Source: Pseudovirgaria hyperparasitica
Lineage: Eukaryota
Direction: 5' to 3' (one strand)
Length of the DNA stretch: 64,000 nt
Assembly (NCBI GenBank): GCA_010093815.1
Contig: ML996565.1
The notes under the pieces were generated by a model. It did not search any database and was not told the DNA's origin. It saw only the letters and a program-made list of their open reading frames with translations. Shown here in pieces: positions 33,722 through 45,522 of this stretch. Each line of letters starts with the position of its first letter. Within the stretch, counting starts at the first letter, position 1. The translations under genes and the position numbers were made by a program.

Positions 33722-36685
33722 ATGACAGACATCTCTTCGATCAGGCCGCATGCTGATTCGCAGCTGACATCAGTTGCGCCGCTGGCGCCCTACTCTCCTG
33801 CCCTTGCCAACGGCCACGCTGGCTTCGACACTCAGGATGTGCAGGATACACAAGAAAGCTACACCATCAAGTGCATCTGCGGCTTCGAGGATGACGATGG
33901 AAACACCGTGCTCTGCGAAAAATGCAATTCGTGGCAGCACATTGCCTGCTACTACGGCACTGACAAGGTCCCAGAGGTCCACGAATGTAACGACTGCCTT
34001 CCTCGCAAGCTCGATGCCAGCGCTGCAAGAGACCGTCAAAGAACGATACGCGATCCCGGAAATGCCAATGACAAGAAGATCAAGAAACCAGCGTCTAAGA
34101 GCCACAAGAAGAAGGGCAAAGAATCCATCTCAACAATACAAATCAACGGCTGGGCGCACGATAAGAATGACCACTTTGTGCAAGACCGTAAAAGTGGAAG
34201 CCCCAGAGATCAACCTCCCACCAAACGGCAGAAATCGTCCCATAAACCCTCTCCCTCCGTCCCATCATTAAACAATGCCTCCTCTATCGCACCGCCAAGG
34301 AAACGAGCTGGATCGACCTTGGTCAACGGCCAAAGTCCCGTCAAGTCGCCTCCAACGCCACAATCAAACGGTCATTGTGGAGACTACTTTTCTTCCGAGT
34401 TCTTACAACTCTATCGCGGTGAACCCCATACTGAGGTGTCAGAAAACCGTTACGAAGACATTCAGATGCCGAAAGATCTGCTCGAATGGCTCGAAGACCC
34501 AGAGACATTAGCCCAGGTCACTGATGGAAAGAAACCCCAAGAGGTGTTCCAACGGCTCGAAGCTTCGATCCAAGAGCTGGACAGTTGCGCACCACGAATA
34601 GACGAACATTCGCACGAGGATACTGACACCAAAGTTGAAGGATCTGGATTGTGTCCAATATGGAGGTGGCTTACGGTCGAGGACCCCGTTGCAGAAGGCC
34701 ACTACATTGGTGAGCTTCGGGGCCGATTAGAGCGCAAAGAGCGATACATTTCTGATCCTTTGAATCGTTGGCATACGCTACGGCACCCAGAGCCTTTCGT
34801 ATTCATCCCACCATACCTTCCTCTCGCCATCGACACACGCAAAGAAGGAACAATGATGCGATACGTACGACGAAGCTGTGATCCCAACGTGGAACTTCGA
34901 ACGTTCATTGCTGATCGCAACTACCACTTTTGCTTCATTTCCCTCCGAGACCTTCAAGCAGGCGAAGTGCTCACTGTCAAATGGGACCTGGACACTGACA
35001 TTGCGCGACGCGTTCAACAGCAAGCCGAGAATGGTAATGTTGCTGTGAATGGCATTCACAAAATGGAGGACTTATCGCGATGGGCGACTGGTGCTCTCAA
35101 GAACTTTGGAGGCTGTGCTTGCGGTCGAGAAGCTGTCGATTGCTTGTTGGAGCGGGCGCATCGCACTGACGGCCAGTATGCGGTGTTGGACACTTCTGGC
35201 CGCAGAAAGCCGAAGAAAGGCAGGAAGCAGCAGATCTCTCCTATCAGCACTGGTCATGCGACGAACAGTCGAGCTGGCTCCGAGGCAATACACCGCATGG
35301 ATCTTGACGACGACAATGCAGATACCCGGTCTACATACAGCTCATCCCGAAGCAAACCGGCCAGTCGTGACAACACACCCATGACTGCGCACTCCTTGGC
35401 CGATGGCAATGCGGAGCCAACAGACCGCGAGACCAGAAAAATGCTTGCACTCATCAGGTCCTCTGAACAGCATGAATCGGAACAAAATCATGGCAACAAG
35501 CGGAAAAAGAGGAACAGCGGTGGGTCAACACTAAATACACCCAGCGTTTCCTCATCGGTAAGAGTGTTTCCGTCCCTTTTCACCCTTTCGTGTAGGGCAA
35601 GGGCGATGGTGACACAGGCTAACACCATGCAGAAACAAATCGGCCAGCATGAACCGTCTCCTCCCACTCGTCGCCCTGTCGCGAGCCGAAAAGTACCAAA
35701 GAAACCTGCCGCCCTGCGTGTGAAGCCCCGCCCGCCATACCATGATCAAGAGGTGCAAACAGACGAGATAATGTCTCAACGTCCATCAGTGGTCTTTAAG
35801 CCTTTTATCTCTCCAGCTCGAGCTCAACTGACAAGGGCAAGAGAGGAACGGTTACGAAGAGAGGAATTGGAGAAGCGCCGCGCTGCATCTATGAGCAAAT
35901 CTGTTCCGCCCTCACCAGGATCTGCGAGTTCCAATAGCAAGGCTGCTTCATCCCCAGTCCAAGACTCGAAATCGTCTACCACTTCAGCAGGACCAGACGC
36001 TGAGGTGCAAGACACTGAGATGAAGGACGCCGACGCCGACGCCGACGCCGAGAACCAACCGATTCCAGTGGAGGCGGGTTCCCTTCATGATACTCATGAT
36101 CATCAGATGGAGACAGCCCCGGAACCGCAAGCTGCTCATCCTCAAATACAGCCGCCGCCGCCACCATGGGAACCAAAATTGGAGGATTCAGTCGATGAAT
36201 CAAAGCCTCTCGCATCATCTCAAAGGCCGTCGTCCGACTTACACGTCGAGCTTCCCACACCAGAGATTTCACCTCAACCTATAACAACCGCTCCACTCAC
36301 CGCTACGCCTGCGTCTCTTGCTCCTCCCACGGGTCCGGTATCTTCTCAGTCACCATCAGCGCCGAGCCAGCCACCTGTCCTCTCGCCTTCTGTCAGTAAT
36401 GCTGTTGCTCCCAGTCCTGCGCGAAAGAAGCTCAGTCTTAGCGACTACACGAGCCGTAAAGCCAAGGCGCAGGCAGCCGTTGTCGCTAACAAGATCCCTG
36501 AGCTACCATCGTCACAGTCAGAGAACGCTGTCGAGTCTTCGTCGCTTTCTCCTGCCACTACGGAGCCCTGCAAAGACGTTGAAATGAAGGACGTGGCAGC
36601 ATCACCGTCTGAACCCGCTTCGACTGATATGGCACCACCCAAGGCTCCAGCGTCTCATCCTCCCCCACCTCTGTTTTCCGGATAA
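33722..36685 (+). CDS. SET3: Set3/Set4 (MLL5/UpSET-like) PHD finger plus SET domain protein (in-frame 75-nt intron 35558-35632)
   Basis: PHD finger YTIKCICGFEDDDGNTVLCEKCNSWQHIACY..HECNDC. Degenerate SET domain IDTRKEG...YVRRSCDPN, lacking NHS as is typical of this family. C-terminal KKLSLSDY. Confidence 0.9.
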   Translation: MTDISSIRPHADSQLTSVAPLAPYSPALANGHAGFDTQDVQDTQESYTIKCICGFEDDDGNTVLCEKCNSWQHIACYYGTDKVPEVHECNDCLPRKLDASAARDRQRTIRDPGNANDKKIKKPASKSHKKKGKESISTIQINGWAHDKNDHFVQDRKSGSPRDQPPTKRQKSSHKPSPSVPSLNNASSIAPPRKRAGSTLVNGQSPVKSPPTPQSNGHCGDYFSSEFLQLYRGEPHTEVSENRYEDIQMPKDLLEWLEDPETLAQVTDGKKPQEVFQRLEASIQELDSCAPRIDEHSHEDTDTKVEGSGLCPIWRWLTVEDPVAEGHYIGELRGRLERKERYISDPLNRWHTLRHPEPFVFIPPYLPLAIDTRKEGTMMRYVRRSCDPNVELRTFIADRNYHFCFISLRDLQAGEVLTVKWDLDTDIARRVQQQAENGNVAVNGIHKMEDLSRWATGALKNFGGCACGREAVDCLLERAHRTDGQYAVLDTSGRRKPKKGRKQQISPISTGHATNSRAGSEAIHRMDLDDDNADTRSTYSSSRSKPASRDNTPMTAHSLADGNAEPTDRETRKMLALIRSSEQHESEQNHGNKRKKRNSGGSTLNTPSVSSSVRVFPSLFTLSCRARAMVTQANTMQKQIGQHEPSPPTRRPVASRKVPKKPAALRVKPRPPYHDQEVQTDEIMSQRPSVVFKPFISPARAQLTRAREERLRREELEKRRAASMSKSVPPSPGSASSNSKAASSPVQDSKSSTTSAGPDAEVQDTEMKDADADADAENQPIPVEAGSLHDTHDHQMETAPEPQAAHPQIQPPPPPWEPKLEDSVDESKPLASSQRPSSDLHVELPTPEISPQPITTAPLTATPASLAPPTGPVSSQSPSAPSQPPVLSPSVSNAVAPSPARKKLSLSDYTSRKAKAQAAVVANKIPELPSSQSENAVESSSLSPATTEPCKDVEMKDVAASPSEPASTDMAPPKAPASHPPPPLFSG

Positions 36686-37023
36686 CGCTTTCCACATTGG
36701 TGCATGAGATGTTCTCTTTCGCTTACGACCACACGCTTCGATGTAAAAATAGTAATATTTATCGACTGGACGCGCACCATTTCCGTGTGCTACGCTTGAT
36801 GCCCCCGCTCAATATTTCTTTTGTTCACTTTTCGACTTTCTCGACTCAGATCCAATTTTTTGGGGCAGATGTTCCCGGCGTCAGTCTGTAACGATGACTT
36901 TTGGTCAGAAACCTTCTAGACAGGCGAACTGCGTTTTTGGCATTCTCGATTGTCTCAAATCGGAACCTGATTACGGGCGGCAAAAACTTCAGTTTTCCAT
37001 GATATTCCAGCTGCGGTGCCATG

Positions 37024-37057
37024 ATGTGTGTGTGTGTGTACGTGCGCGCGCGCGCGT
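37024..37057. repeat. Alternating purine-pyrimidine tract (TG)n-TAC-(GC)n
   Basis: atgtgtgtgtgtgtgtacgtgcgcgcgcgcgcgt, 34 nt of perfect alternation. Confidence 0.9.
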
Positions 37058-37734
37058 CTGTGATTGCGTTCCTTTTTGGGATGGCGATAGGGTTTTTGGT
37101 TTCGGCCCAGGTGCCATGTACGTAGGCTCATTCTAGCCGAAGTCATAGCGGTGGGAGTTGTGGGAGTTGGTGCGTCGTGAGTGGGCCGGCGACTACTGCT
37201 GATGAGCAGGAGACCTCGCAACTTTGCTTTTGCGAGGTCGTTAAGCTGGGCGGGAGAGACGGACGAAGAAGCGAGCAAGCAAGCTAGCAGATTAGAAACA
37301 ATCGAAAGATGTTTCGTGTATAGAGCGTGCGTGCGTGTGTGCATTGTTGGGCGTGAGTGATGGACTTGACGTTGGATGCGCGTGAGGACTTGGGTCAGGC
37401 AACATTGGACTGACTGGACTCTTCGTGAGTCGTACGTACGTCGTAGACCGTCCACGTGCGCATACATGTATCTCTCTCATCTGATATAAACAACATCATC
37501 AAGAACTACCACTGCGCACTACATACACACACCGCCCAGACTCCCTCCCTCCCTTCCTCCAATATCTACCTACAACCCCTTCCTCGTCCCATCCCCATTT
37601 CCCCCCAAATGTCCCATCCCTCTCCCATCTCCCATCTCCCATCTCCCATCCCATCCCTCTCCCCTTTCCCCCATCCCCTCCCGTCCATCTCCCCTTCCCC
37701 CCAGAACCCCAACCCAAAGATCCCACCCATCCCC

Positions 37735-38940
37735 TCACAGCCTAGAAGGCCTCCAAACCGGCCTCCTCCCCCTGCCCCCCCCCTCCGCAAACGCCCGAAC
37801 CCCAATCCCAAAATTCTCCCCCCGAAACAGCGCCTCCCCGTACCGCTCCGCCGTCACCTGGCCCGCCCGCACCACACTCGCCGTCTCCCACGCCTCGCGA
37901 ATCCCCGCGCGCGTCACAACCACCGCGTCCGGCGACGCGAGTGTGATGGCGCGTGCCATTTCGACGGCTTCGTTGAGGAGGGTTTCTCTGGCTGATGATG
38001 GGGATGAGGATGGGGTGGAGGGGCTTGGAGGAGAGGGAGAGGGAGGGGAAACAACGCGGTTGATCAGGCCGTGCGAGAGGGCTTCGGCGGCGCTCATGCG
38101 TCGGCCTGTGAGGGCGAGTTCGGATGCGATGTGGATGCCTGCTGTGCGGGTGAGGCGTGCGAGACCGCCTGCTGCGGCGTAGAGGCCGCGGAGGGCTTCG
38201 GGGAGGGCGAATGTGGCGGTTGGGAGGGCGAGGGTTATGTCGCTTTGGGGGTTGCGTTAGTGCTTGGGATGGGAGGGAGGGGAGAGGGGAGAGGGGAGAG
38301 GGGAGGGAAAAGGGGGGGTTTATATGGGTTGGTGAGGGAGGGAAAAGGGGATAGGTAGGTACCAGTTCAGACAGATTTCGAAGCCGCCGCCCATTGCGGC
38401 GCCGTTGACGGCTGCGATGATGGGTTTGCGGCCGGTGCGGGTGCTGAGGCCGGCGAAGCCTGTTGGGGGCAGGCCGAGGCGGGAGGAGGGTTGTGGTTGG
38501 GGGTTGGAAGCGGTGTCTTTGTTGTTGTTGTTGGTGGTGCTGCTTTTGTTGTTGCTGCGGTGGTCGAGGTAGGCTTGTTCTTTGAGGTCTTGGCCGGCGC
38601 AGAAAGCGAGGTCGCCGGCGCCGGTGATGATGGCGACGAGGAGGGATGGTTCGGCGTCGAACCATTTGAAGATTGCGTCGGCTTCCCAGTGTTGTGCTAT
38701 TCGGGGGGGAAGGGGAGGGTTGTGTTAGTTTGGGTGGGATTTATGTGTGTTTTGTTTGTGTTTGTTTGTATATTAAGGGGAGATGATTGGGAGAGAGGGA
38801 GGGATGATTGCGGACGTACCCATTGAGATGGCGTTTCGTTGCTTGGGCTTGTTTATGGTTACGAGAAGGATGGATGGGGATGGGTAGCTTAGGAGGAAGG
38901 CTGTGGAGGGAGGGGGTTGGGAGGAGAGGTTTTCTGCCAT
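37735..38940 (-). CDS. Enoyl-CoA hydratase/isomerase (crotonase) family, probably peroxisomal (3 exons)
   Basis: LLVTINKPKQRNAI, VAIITGAGDLAFCAGQDLKE, KPIIAAVNGAAMGGGFE, FALPEALRGLYAAAGG, LALTGRRMSAAEA. C-terminal SRL is a PTS1 signal. Confidence 0.9.
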
Positions 38941-40034
38941 TGTGGATTGATTGATTGGGTGTGGAGTTGGAAGATTGGGATAGGGTGGAATGGAGGACGG
39001 TCAATGGTTTCGAAGAGGAAAGCAATTGGAGATGTATGTGGTTATTGAGGTAAGTAATGCCTATGAATGCTTTCATGCAGGGCGGCCCCGCGCGTGTTTG
39101 ACAGTTGAGCCGAGCCGAGATGCCGACTAGCGAAGGCGGGCTGTTGGGGAATTTATGGGGTTTGGACATCGGGTTATGCGTCTGGCAATGACATGAAGAG
39201 TGGATACTCCTGGCGGCATCGTTGGTGCATTGACACCTTTGGTGTGGTGGTTCTTTGTTGTCTTAGGGATTGTTTATGTGTTAGCAACACCCTTTGTATA
39301 CATTTGCTCACTCTGTCGATGCACTCTTTGGTCTGTGATGCCTAATGTCATGGATGTAATACGATACTCACTAGCAATGTACAGGAGACAGCCATTGGCG
39401 GTTGGTTGAGTCGGAGAGCTGGTCAGATTCTTGATAAGCTGGACCTGCATAGCAGGATTCGCATCGAGTAGCGAGACTTATAGTGCATCATCTCGTTGGG
39501 GAATCATCATATACTGGATAATATGGCTCTGTTAGTGCGTTAAGACCATCATTGGCGACTTGGAAATTAAAATATTGTTGCTCGGTCGTTTCGCTGCAAG
39601 AATCAGGACGAATGCTGCGTCGCTTTAGGCCCTGGGCAGGTACCAGGTCTAGTGCTGCCTCCATAATCAGGAGGTCGTCGTCTGTCACGACAGTTTGTTG
39701 GCTAAAGACAAAGTGGACAGCTCATACTTTATGTATGCGTCACTGTGGTTTACTTCTCGAGAGGCCCTTAGTGCTGACAGTAGCGGTTGACCGGCCGCGG
39801 GATATGGTAAAGTGATGTTATGCTCTTTGTGTTAAAATTAATATTTAGATTATTTCTCGGACGAAGATGCGCTCGTCTAAATGTCAAATCCCTTTGATGT
39901 AATGCCCGCCGTGCCAACGCCTGAAACCGAGTAGATCCGTACCTTAGCTATAAGGAGAATGAGGCTTTCGTGTAGCCATGTCTGTATCGTACATTCTTTT
40001 TGTTACAAATAAAAGCGAAAAGTCGATTTCGATG

Positions 40035-40688
40035 TCAACAGGCCGGAGAGCTGATCTCCATGTCGTCCCATTGCCGGAGCGTCGCGATGTTCGTATCCAG
40101 ATACGAAGGTTCGGGGACCTCCATGGGACTGCCTGCGCTTTGCCTCCAGAGGACTTGTAAATGCTCGTTCGTAGCACGCAACGTCTCGAGCGAGAATTCG
40201 AATGCTTCCGGAGCATCCATGGCTTGGATGGTTGCGTCAAAATTCGCCCTTTGCACGATTGACGGGCTTCTGGAGCGCAGCCACAGGAGAGATTTCCGCA
40301 GTGCTTGCCACTCGCGGAAGACGAGCACGTCGTCCGCGACTGGTTGGGCGACAACATATAATAAGCCGCGGTTGAGTAGCCATCGGGTTCCGTAGGCGTG
40401 TATATGGTCCAGTGTGAGGTTCTGCTGTGTGATGAGTGCGAATGCGTCTTCCAATTGTGGCTTCAAGATGGTTTCGTAGTCGTTCTTGGTTGAAAAACGG
40501 TGTCGATGAAAGTCGAAATAGTCGAGAACCTCGGAACGGGAGGGCAGCAGCCAAGACTGTTGTTGTAAGGGGAGCCAGGATGGACAATGGTCGTTTTGGA
40601 CCTGGCATTGAACCCCATATGACCGCCGCTTTTGACAGGGGTCTTCCGGAAAGGCTTCAGCCTCGAGTTGACTATACGACCGTTTCAT
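40035..40688 (-). CDS. Hypothetical protein (~217 aa from the ATG at 40688)
   Basis: Stop-free ORF of globular-looking composition (MKRSYSQLEAEAF...) in average-GC DNA, with a CT-rich leader. No family recognised. Confidence 0.45.
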   Translation of the reverse strand: MKRSYSQLEAEAFPEDPCQKRRSYGVQCQVQNDHCPSWLPLQQQSWLLPSRSEVLDYFDFHRHRFSTKNDYETILKPQLEDAFALITQQNLTLDHIHAYGTRWLLNRGLLYVVAQPVADDVLVFREWQALRKSLLWLRSRSPSIVQRANFDATIQAMDAPEAFEFSLETLRATNEHLQVLWRQSAGSPMEVPEPSYLDTNIATLRQWDDMEISSPAC

Positions 40689-41544
40689 CCTGGAGGTGTT
40701 CTGTAGAATAAGGAGAATTATGAAAGTGTCCAAGGAAGGTGCTGAAAGAAGGATGCAAGGATAAGTAGTGAGATGGCCAGATGGGCCGACGGAAAGTCAA
40801 GATATAATAGTTGATGATTAATGTTGGCTGAAGGAGGCTGGGGGAACATGTTCTGGCACGTGCACGGCTTGGAACGCGACGACGCGCGAGAACGCGTTGC
40901 TAATTAAGAGCCGAGGCCCATTCAATTCATTCCGCCTCTCCTGAATATACTTCTACTGTACTACCAATCTGCTCCGCTAACCACCGGAAGTCTGCACCTC
41001 TAGGGAGATCTATACAGACTCCGTTCACTACGAGTGTACAGCGTGTCTAACGTAGGAACAAATTTCCGTGTGGACGTATAGCGGGGCATCGGCACGATCG
41101 ACACGGAATGTTCAGTCCAAAACCAAGACGGGTTCCACTAGTTGTAATTATGTGTGAGAAGACGTGCCTAGCAATCGAGGCATAGAAGATTCAGCTAGTG
41201 GTATGCATTATATCCGACTTCGATGGTCTTGACATGGATGACATGAATCTTGTCGTTATCCTTTCTTTACCAAGGAGGTAACCTTGGATCCGGATTCCGC
41301 TAACCCCTTGAACCGTCTTTATAATGACCAGACACGTAATCCGTTCAGATAAAGAGAACATTAATTGGAGCAAAATATACGTCGATAGACAAGATGGGCT
41401 TGTTCACACCCAAATACCGCATCTTTGATAGTGCAACACATGCAACAAGGCAGGAGAAGGAGGCCGAGAATGCGATCAAGAGGCATACATTATGAATTAA
41501 GATGTGCTATACTAACAGCCTACCCCGTACGTCCATCTTCCTAT

Positions 41545-41982
41545 CTAACAAGCCCTAATGTTGAAGCTCCTGTCACTACCACAAGTCTTCACCGCCTGGC
41601 AATCCGACCCAGGACACATCACACTCGGACAGGCACCACTGCCTCCCTGCGTATCCGCAGCCGCCAGACTGAACGGCTGGCCCGCCGCATTGCTCACGTC
41701 ATAGTAGTTGACGCCGTTGGTGACCGAGTAGTCGAAGCTGATGGGCTTGGTGAAGTCGGTGTTGGAGTTGGAGAACTTGACGGCGTTGCCCTGCTGTGTG
41801 GTCTCCAGGTTGGCCGTCCAGGTGGCGCCTGCTGCGATCTCGGTGATGGGTCCGCTGGAGGACTGGCTGTCGGCTTTGACCCAGATGGATGTGCCGCAGT
41901 TGTTGAGTGCGCTGATGGAGGCGCCGAGGGCGGTGGAGGTGAGGGTGAGGGTGAGGGCAAGGGCTGCGAAGGTGGTCTTCAT
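41545..41982 (-). CDS. Small secreted Cys-rich protein, Bys1/thaumatin-like fold
   Basis: Signal peptide MKTTFAALALTLTLTSTALG, NNCGTSIWV, AVKFS, FDYSV, YYDVSN, 6 Cys in total with a terminal C. TATAAAA on the minus strand near 42114-42120. Confidence 0.8.
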   Translation of the reverse strand: MKTTFAALALTLTLTSTALGASISALNNCGTSIWVKADSQSSSGPITEIAAGATWTANLETTQQGNAVKFSNSNTDFTKPISFDYSVTNGVNYYDVSNAAGQPFSLAAADTQGGSGACPSVMCPGSDCQAVKTCGSDRSFNIRAC

Positions 41983-43285
41983 GTTGGTTTTTGGACTTGG
42001 ATTGGTGGTTGGAGAAGGTGGGTTTGTATGGTCGTTGGTTGGGTTGGATTGGGTTGAATTATGTTGCTGTTGCTGTTGACTGATGTTCGACTTCGGCGAG
42101 AGTCCTGACCTCTTTTATATCTGCCATGGCAGTATGTATCGACTACTTCGAACTTATGACCTCATGTCAGACGTGCCGTCCATTCCGAATTAACCGATAG
42201 TATTCGTGATGCTCTCCATACGACAAGGCGAAGAGATGGAGTGGTCGCTTCGGGCGTGTGCTACGCGGCCCATACATCTATCGAGACTAAATGGCGAAAG
42301 CTACCATAGGACATGTAGATCTGTATTGGAAAACTGTCATATTGCAGCGTTGTGTAGGTAATGGTGCCACCGATCCATGGTTGTCGAAAGCCATTGCGTG
42401 AATGTCTATAGTGGTACGGGCCGTACGGTTGTACGACCCTATGTCTATTTCAGGCTTATCGATAGTCCACAGTGAAGGGGTCTAATGCCTTTTGGCCCAG
42501 GTCTACCAGATCAGGACGTCTGAACAATGGATCATCGGTGACTAGTGCCCTGTAGCCAGCACAGGTAGACTTTCTGGAAGACGGATCAATGGGAGAATGT
42601 AACCTTGACATGCCCTTGGCACAGCCCTGCGCCACAACGCACCCCGCAACTCCAAACTCGACCATTAATTACTACGTAAGTTGCACCAAATCGTCACGCA
42701 TCCGGTGGTAACGGCAGAGGACCTTGCGCGTATCCCGTATAACCCCACTAGCTGGAGTTCCGGCAAGACGGGAGCTAAGAAGCCCACAGATGCGTCATGA
42801 GGCAGAACAACCTTAGGAGAGCTGTATCGAGCGATCCAAATACATGGGATGATTGTCGGAGACTGTCAGCTGTTCAACTTCGCTTCCTGAACGAGCATAT
42901 TTCAATACGTCTTGCATACGACCATCAGCACGCTCAAATGGCTCGCGAATAATCCAAGACCGTCTTTCCACATAGCATGAGCACGTCGTGAGGTAACATC
43001 AATAGGCCCAGGGAGGCGTTGGGGCCTTTCTTAGGCGAGGGAAAAGCCATCACGTAATATGTCAAGAGGCGAGCAATATGAGATCATTCGACTCTTTCAT
43101 TGAATGTTCACACCCGATAGAGCACCGGCCATCAAGCTCCTGAAATGCAACAACCACCGGCTTATGTCTCGTGACTCGTCGGACTACACCTCCCCAAACT
43201 CCTCTGCTGTGCTTTTTGACCGCCTCTACAATGCATTGTTCATGTCCAAACTCCAAACGTCAACACCAGCATATATTTACACGGC

Positions 43286-44583
43286 TTATTTCATATTCTG
43301 GAGGAGATACTTGAGTCCAGCATATGCTTCCTCGCCAGATGGGACGATCTGGTTGGCAGGGAGAAGGAAGCCGTAGTTACCAGTGTCGCGTAGCTCCGAG
43401 GTAAAGATGTAGTCAGCCTTGACGACGTCCGAGACATAATCGACTGAAGCGCCCGTGGCTTGGTAGATGGTCGAGCAGATTGGCCCATAGGTGAATGACA
43501 CACCATGCACAGCCTTGATGGCAGCAACAGTACCCTTCATCAGGCTTTGAAACTCGGTGTTCTTGGCTGGAAGAGCAGAGCAGGAGTATCCGTAGGGCGA
43601 CATGAACAGCTGAGAGTAGGAGTGGTAGTCGATATACAGCTTCAGACCTTGTTGGTTCTTGATTTTCTGGATGAAGCTCTGGTGGGCTTGGGTCTCAGGC
43701 GCATCGGCAGCGGCCCTGCCCTTGAAGTCTTGCGCACATGGGTCGGTAGAGGCCCCGCCAGTGACAGACCACATGTAGTTCCAGTTGCGATTGATGTCAT
43801 GGCCGAGGCACGAAGAGCCAGATGTCGATTGACGGTTCTTGCGCCACATACGATCGTTGGTTTGCGTGTAGACGAAGCCATCAGGATTAACGTTTGGGAA
43901 GATGTAAAAGTCGTACTTGTCAACGAATGCTTTGATCTCTGAATTGCTGGCATAGCCGGTCAGGAGAGTATATAAGAAGTATTCGACGACCATAGTGCCG
44001 ATCCATTCACGAGCATGGACAGTTCCGTGGAGGATAATGGCAGGCTTCACGTTCTTGCCGCTGCTGCCCCAGAAATGAAGACCATTCAGGGGACGACCCT
44101 CGAGTGAGCTTCCTGCACTTACGATCTCTGATTGACTGGCATAAGTGCTCTGCATGTCCTTCAGAAACTGCTGATGATCGGCATAGCTATGGTAGGCATT
44201 GAACCAGGTACTATCAACTGGGAGGATGGTCAGAAATCCATAACGTTACGAAGCAGGCCGGACTTACCAGCGTAGGTGCTGACAATAGTCTCGTTCGTAA
44301 TGGCTTCGCCCAGATTTTCGTACATGACGACAGATGGAAGATGAGCGGTAGCAGCCTTGAATGCCTCTTGAACACCAGGAGGGATCACGACGTCAGCCAA
44401 AGCATCTTCACGTGCGGGCTTCCATGTCTCCAACTGAAGCTTAGAGATGACATCGTTGACGTGGGAAGCCTCTTTGCCGACCTCAAGGCGTACAACCTGG
44501 TAGCCATCGTACTTGGCCGCGCGAGGGACCACAACAGCACTCGCCAGTGCAAGGCTCGAGATGACTACGACGGGTGTCCACAT
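43286..44583 (-). CDS. Secreted zinc metallocarboxypeptidase, M14A family (one intron, ~44219-44268)
   Basis: Signal peptide and pro-domain (YDGYQVVR), HAREW, NPDGF, RMWRKNR, DINRNW, DYHSYSQ, catalytic ELRD. Confidence 0.94.
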
Positions 44584-45522
44584 ATTGAATTTTCTGGTGT
44601 GAGTATGAATACGTAATCTGTCGCTGGACGAAACCAAGTCGAGTGGTGCTGGGCAAACCCTTTATAGCCTCCCTAGAGGAAGCTCCTCAAGCCCTTAGCT
44701 GATATCCATGAATGCAGTGGTAAACATGGCGCGCTGATCAATCCGGCAGGTGGGTTCGTCCTTGGACCAATACGGCATCTGCCATAATAGTCTGGGGGAA
44801 ACTACAGAGTAGAATATGAAGCGCAGCGCAAGAGATAAGATCTCGCCTCCATAATACAGAATAAATTATCTGTTTAGTCTCTTGGCGAGCGTTGTGATTC
44901 GGCAGGTCGGCGCCTACCTCGGTCACTGTGAGTCGAAACCACCAGTCGCAAATCGGATCGACAAACATCACCTGGCTGGTATCGCCAGTGTTTAAACTAC
45001 TTTAGGAAGGTTCCCAGTGGAGCAAGCTTCCAGAGGAGCATCGTTATAGATGGCTTGCACTAATTACCTTCGAGAATACAAAGCTATTCTGGCTTTCCGA
45101 CTCTTGTACTGCATGCGGCTGTATTGACTGGCGTATTACCTATATTGTCTTACTGCAGTTGAGAATCCTGAGTGCTGTATATCAGACAGTTTAGAAACTC
45201 TCCTGCCCTATCCATGCCAGGTTTTTAATTTCACCTCATGGTCTCGAGCAGGCTTTATGCTCGTTTGCGAGACGAGTTGGAAGATTGCGACCGGGATAGC
45301 CTATGTCTTACGATCTGGAGAAGACCGGATCGTGTCTTCGGCCCGGAATGGCCTGTTTGCCATCAAAACATTATCAGAGCTTTATCTGAGAGTGACCTGC
45401 CACAATATCGGTCGTACGCAAGCTCTTATCTTGCTCAACGTCTCGGGTTGCGCAGAGTACAGGATCGTGGGTCGTGGGATCGTCATCATAATTGTGTGCT
45501 ACCAAGCCTGGGTACGGTCAGG

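Noticed and set aside
37456..38665. Pro/Arg-rich or Gly-rich ORFs around the crotonase gene
   Set aside because: Products of C- or G-skewed low-complexity DNA.
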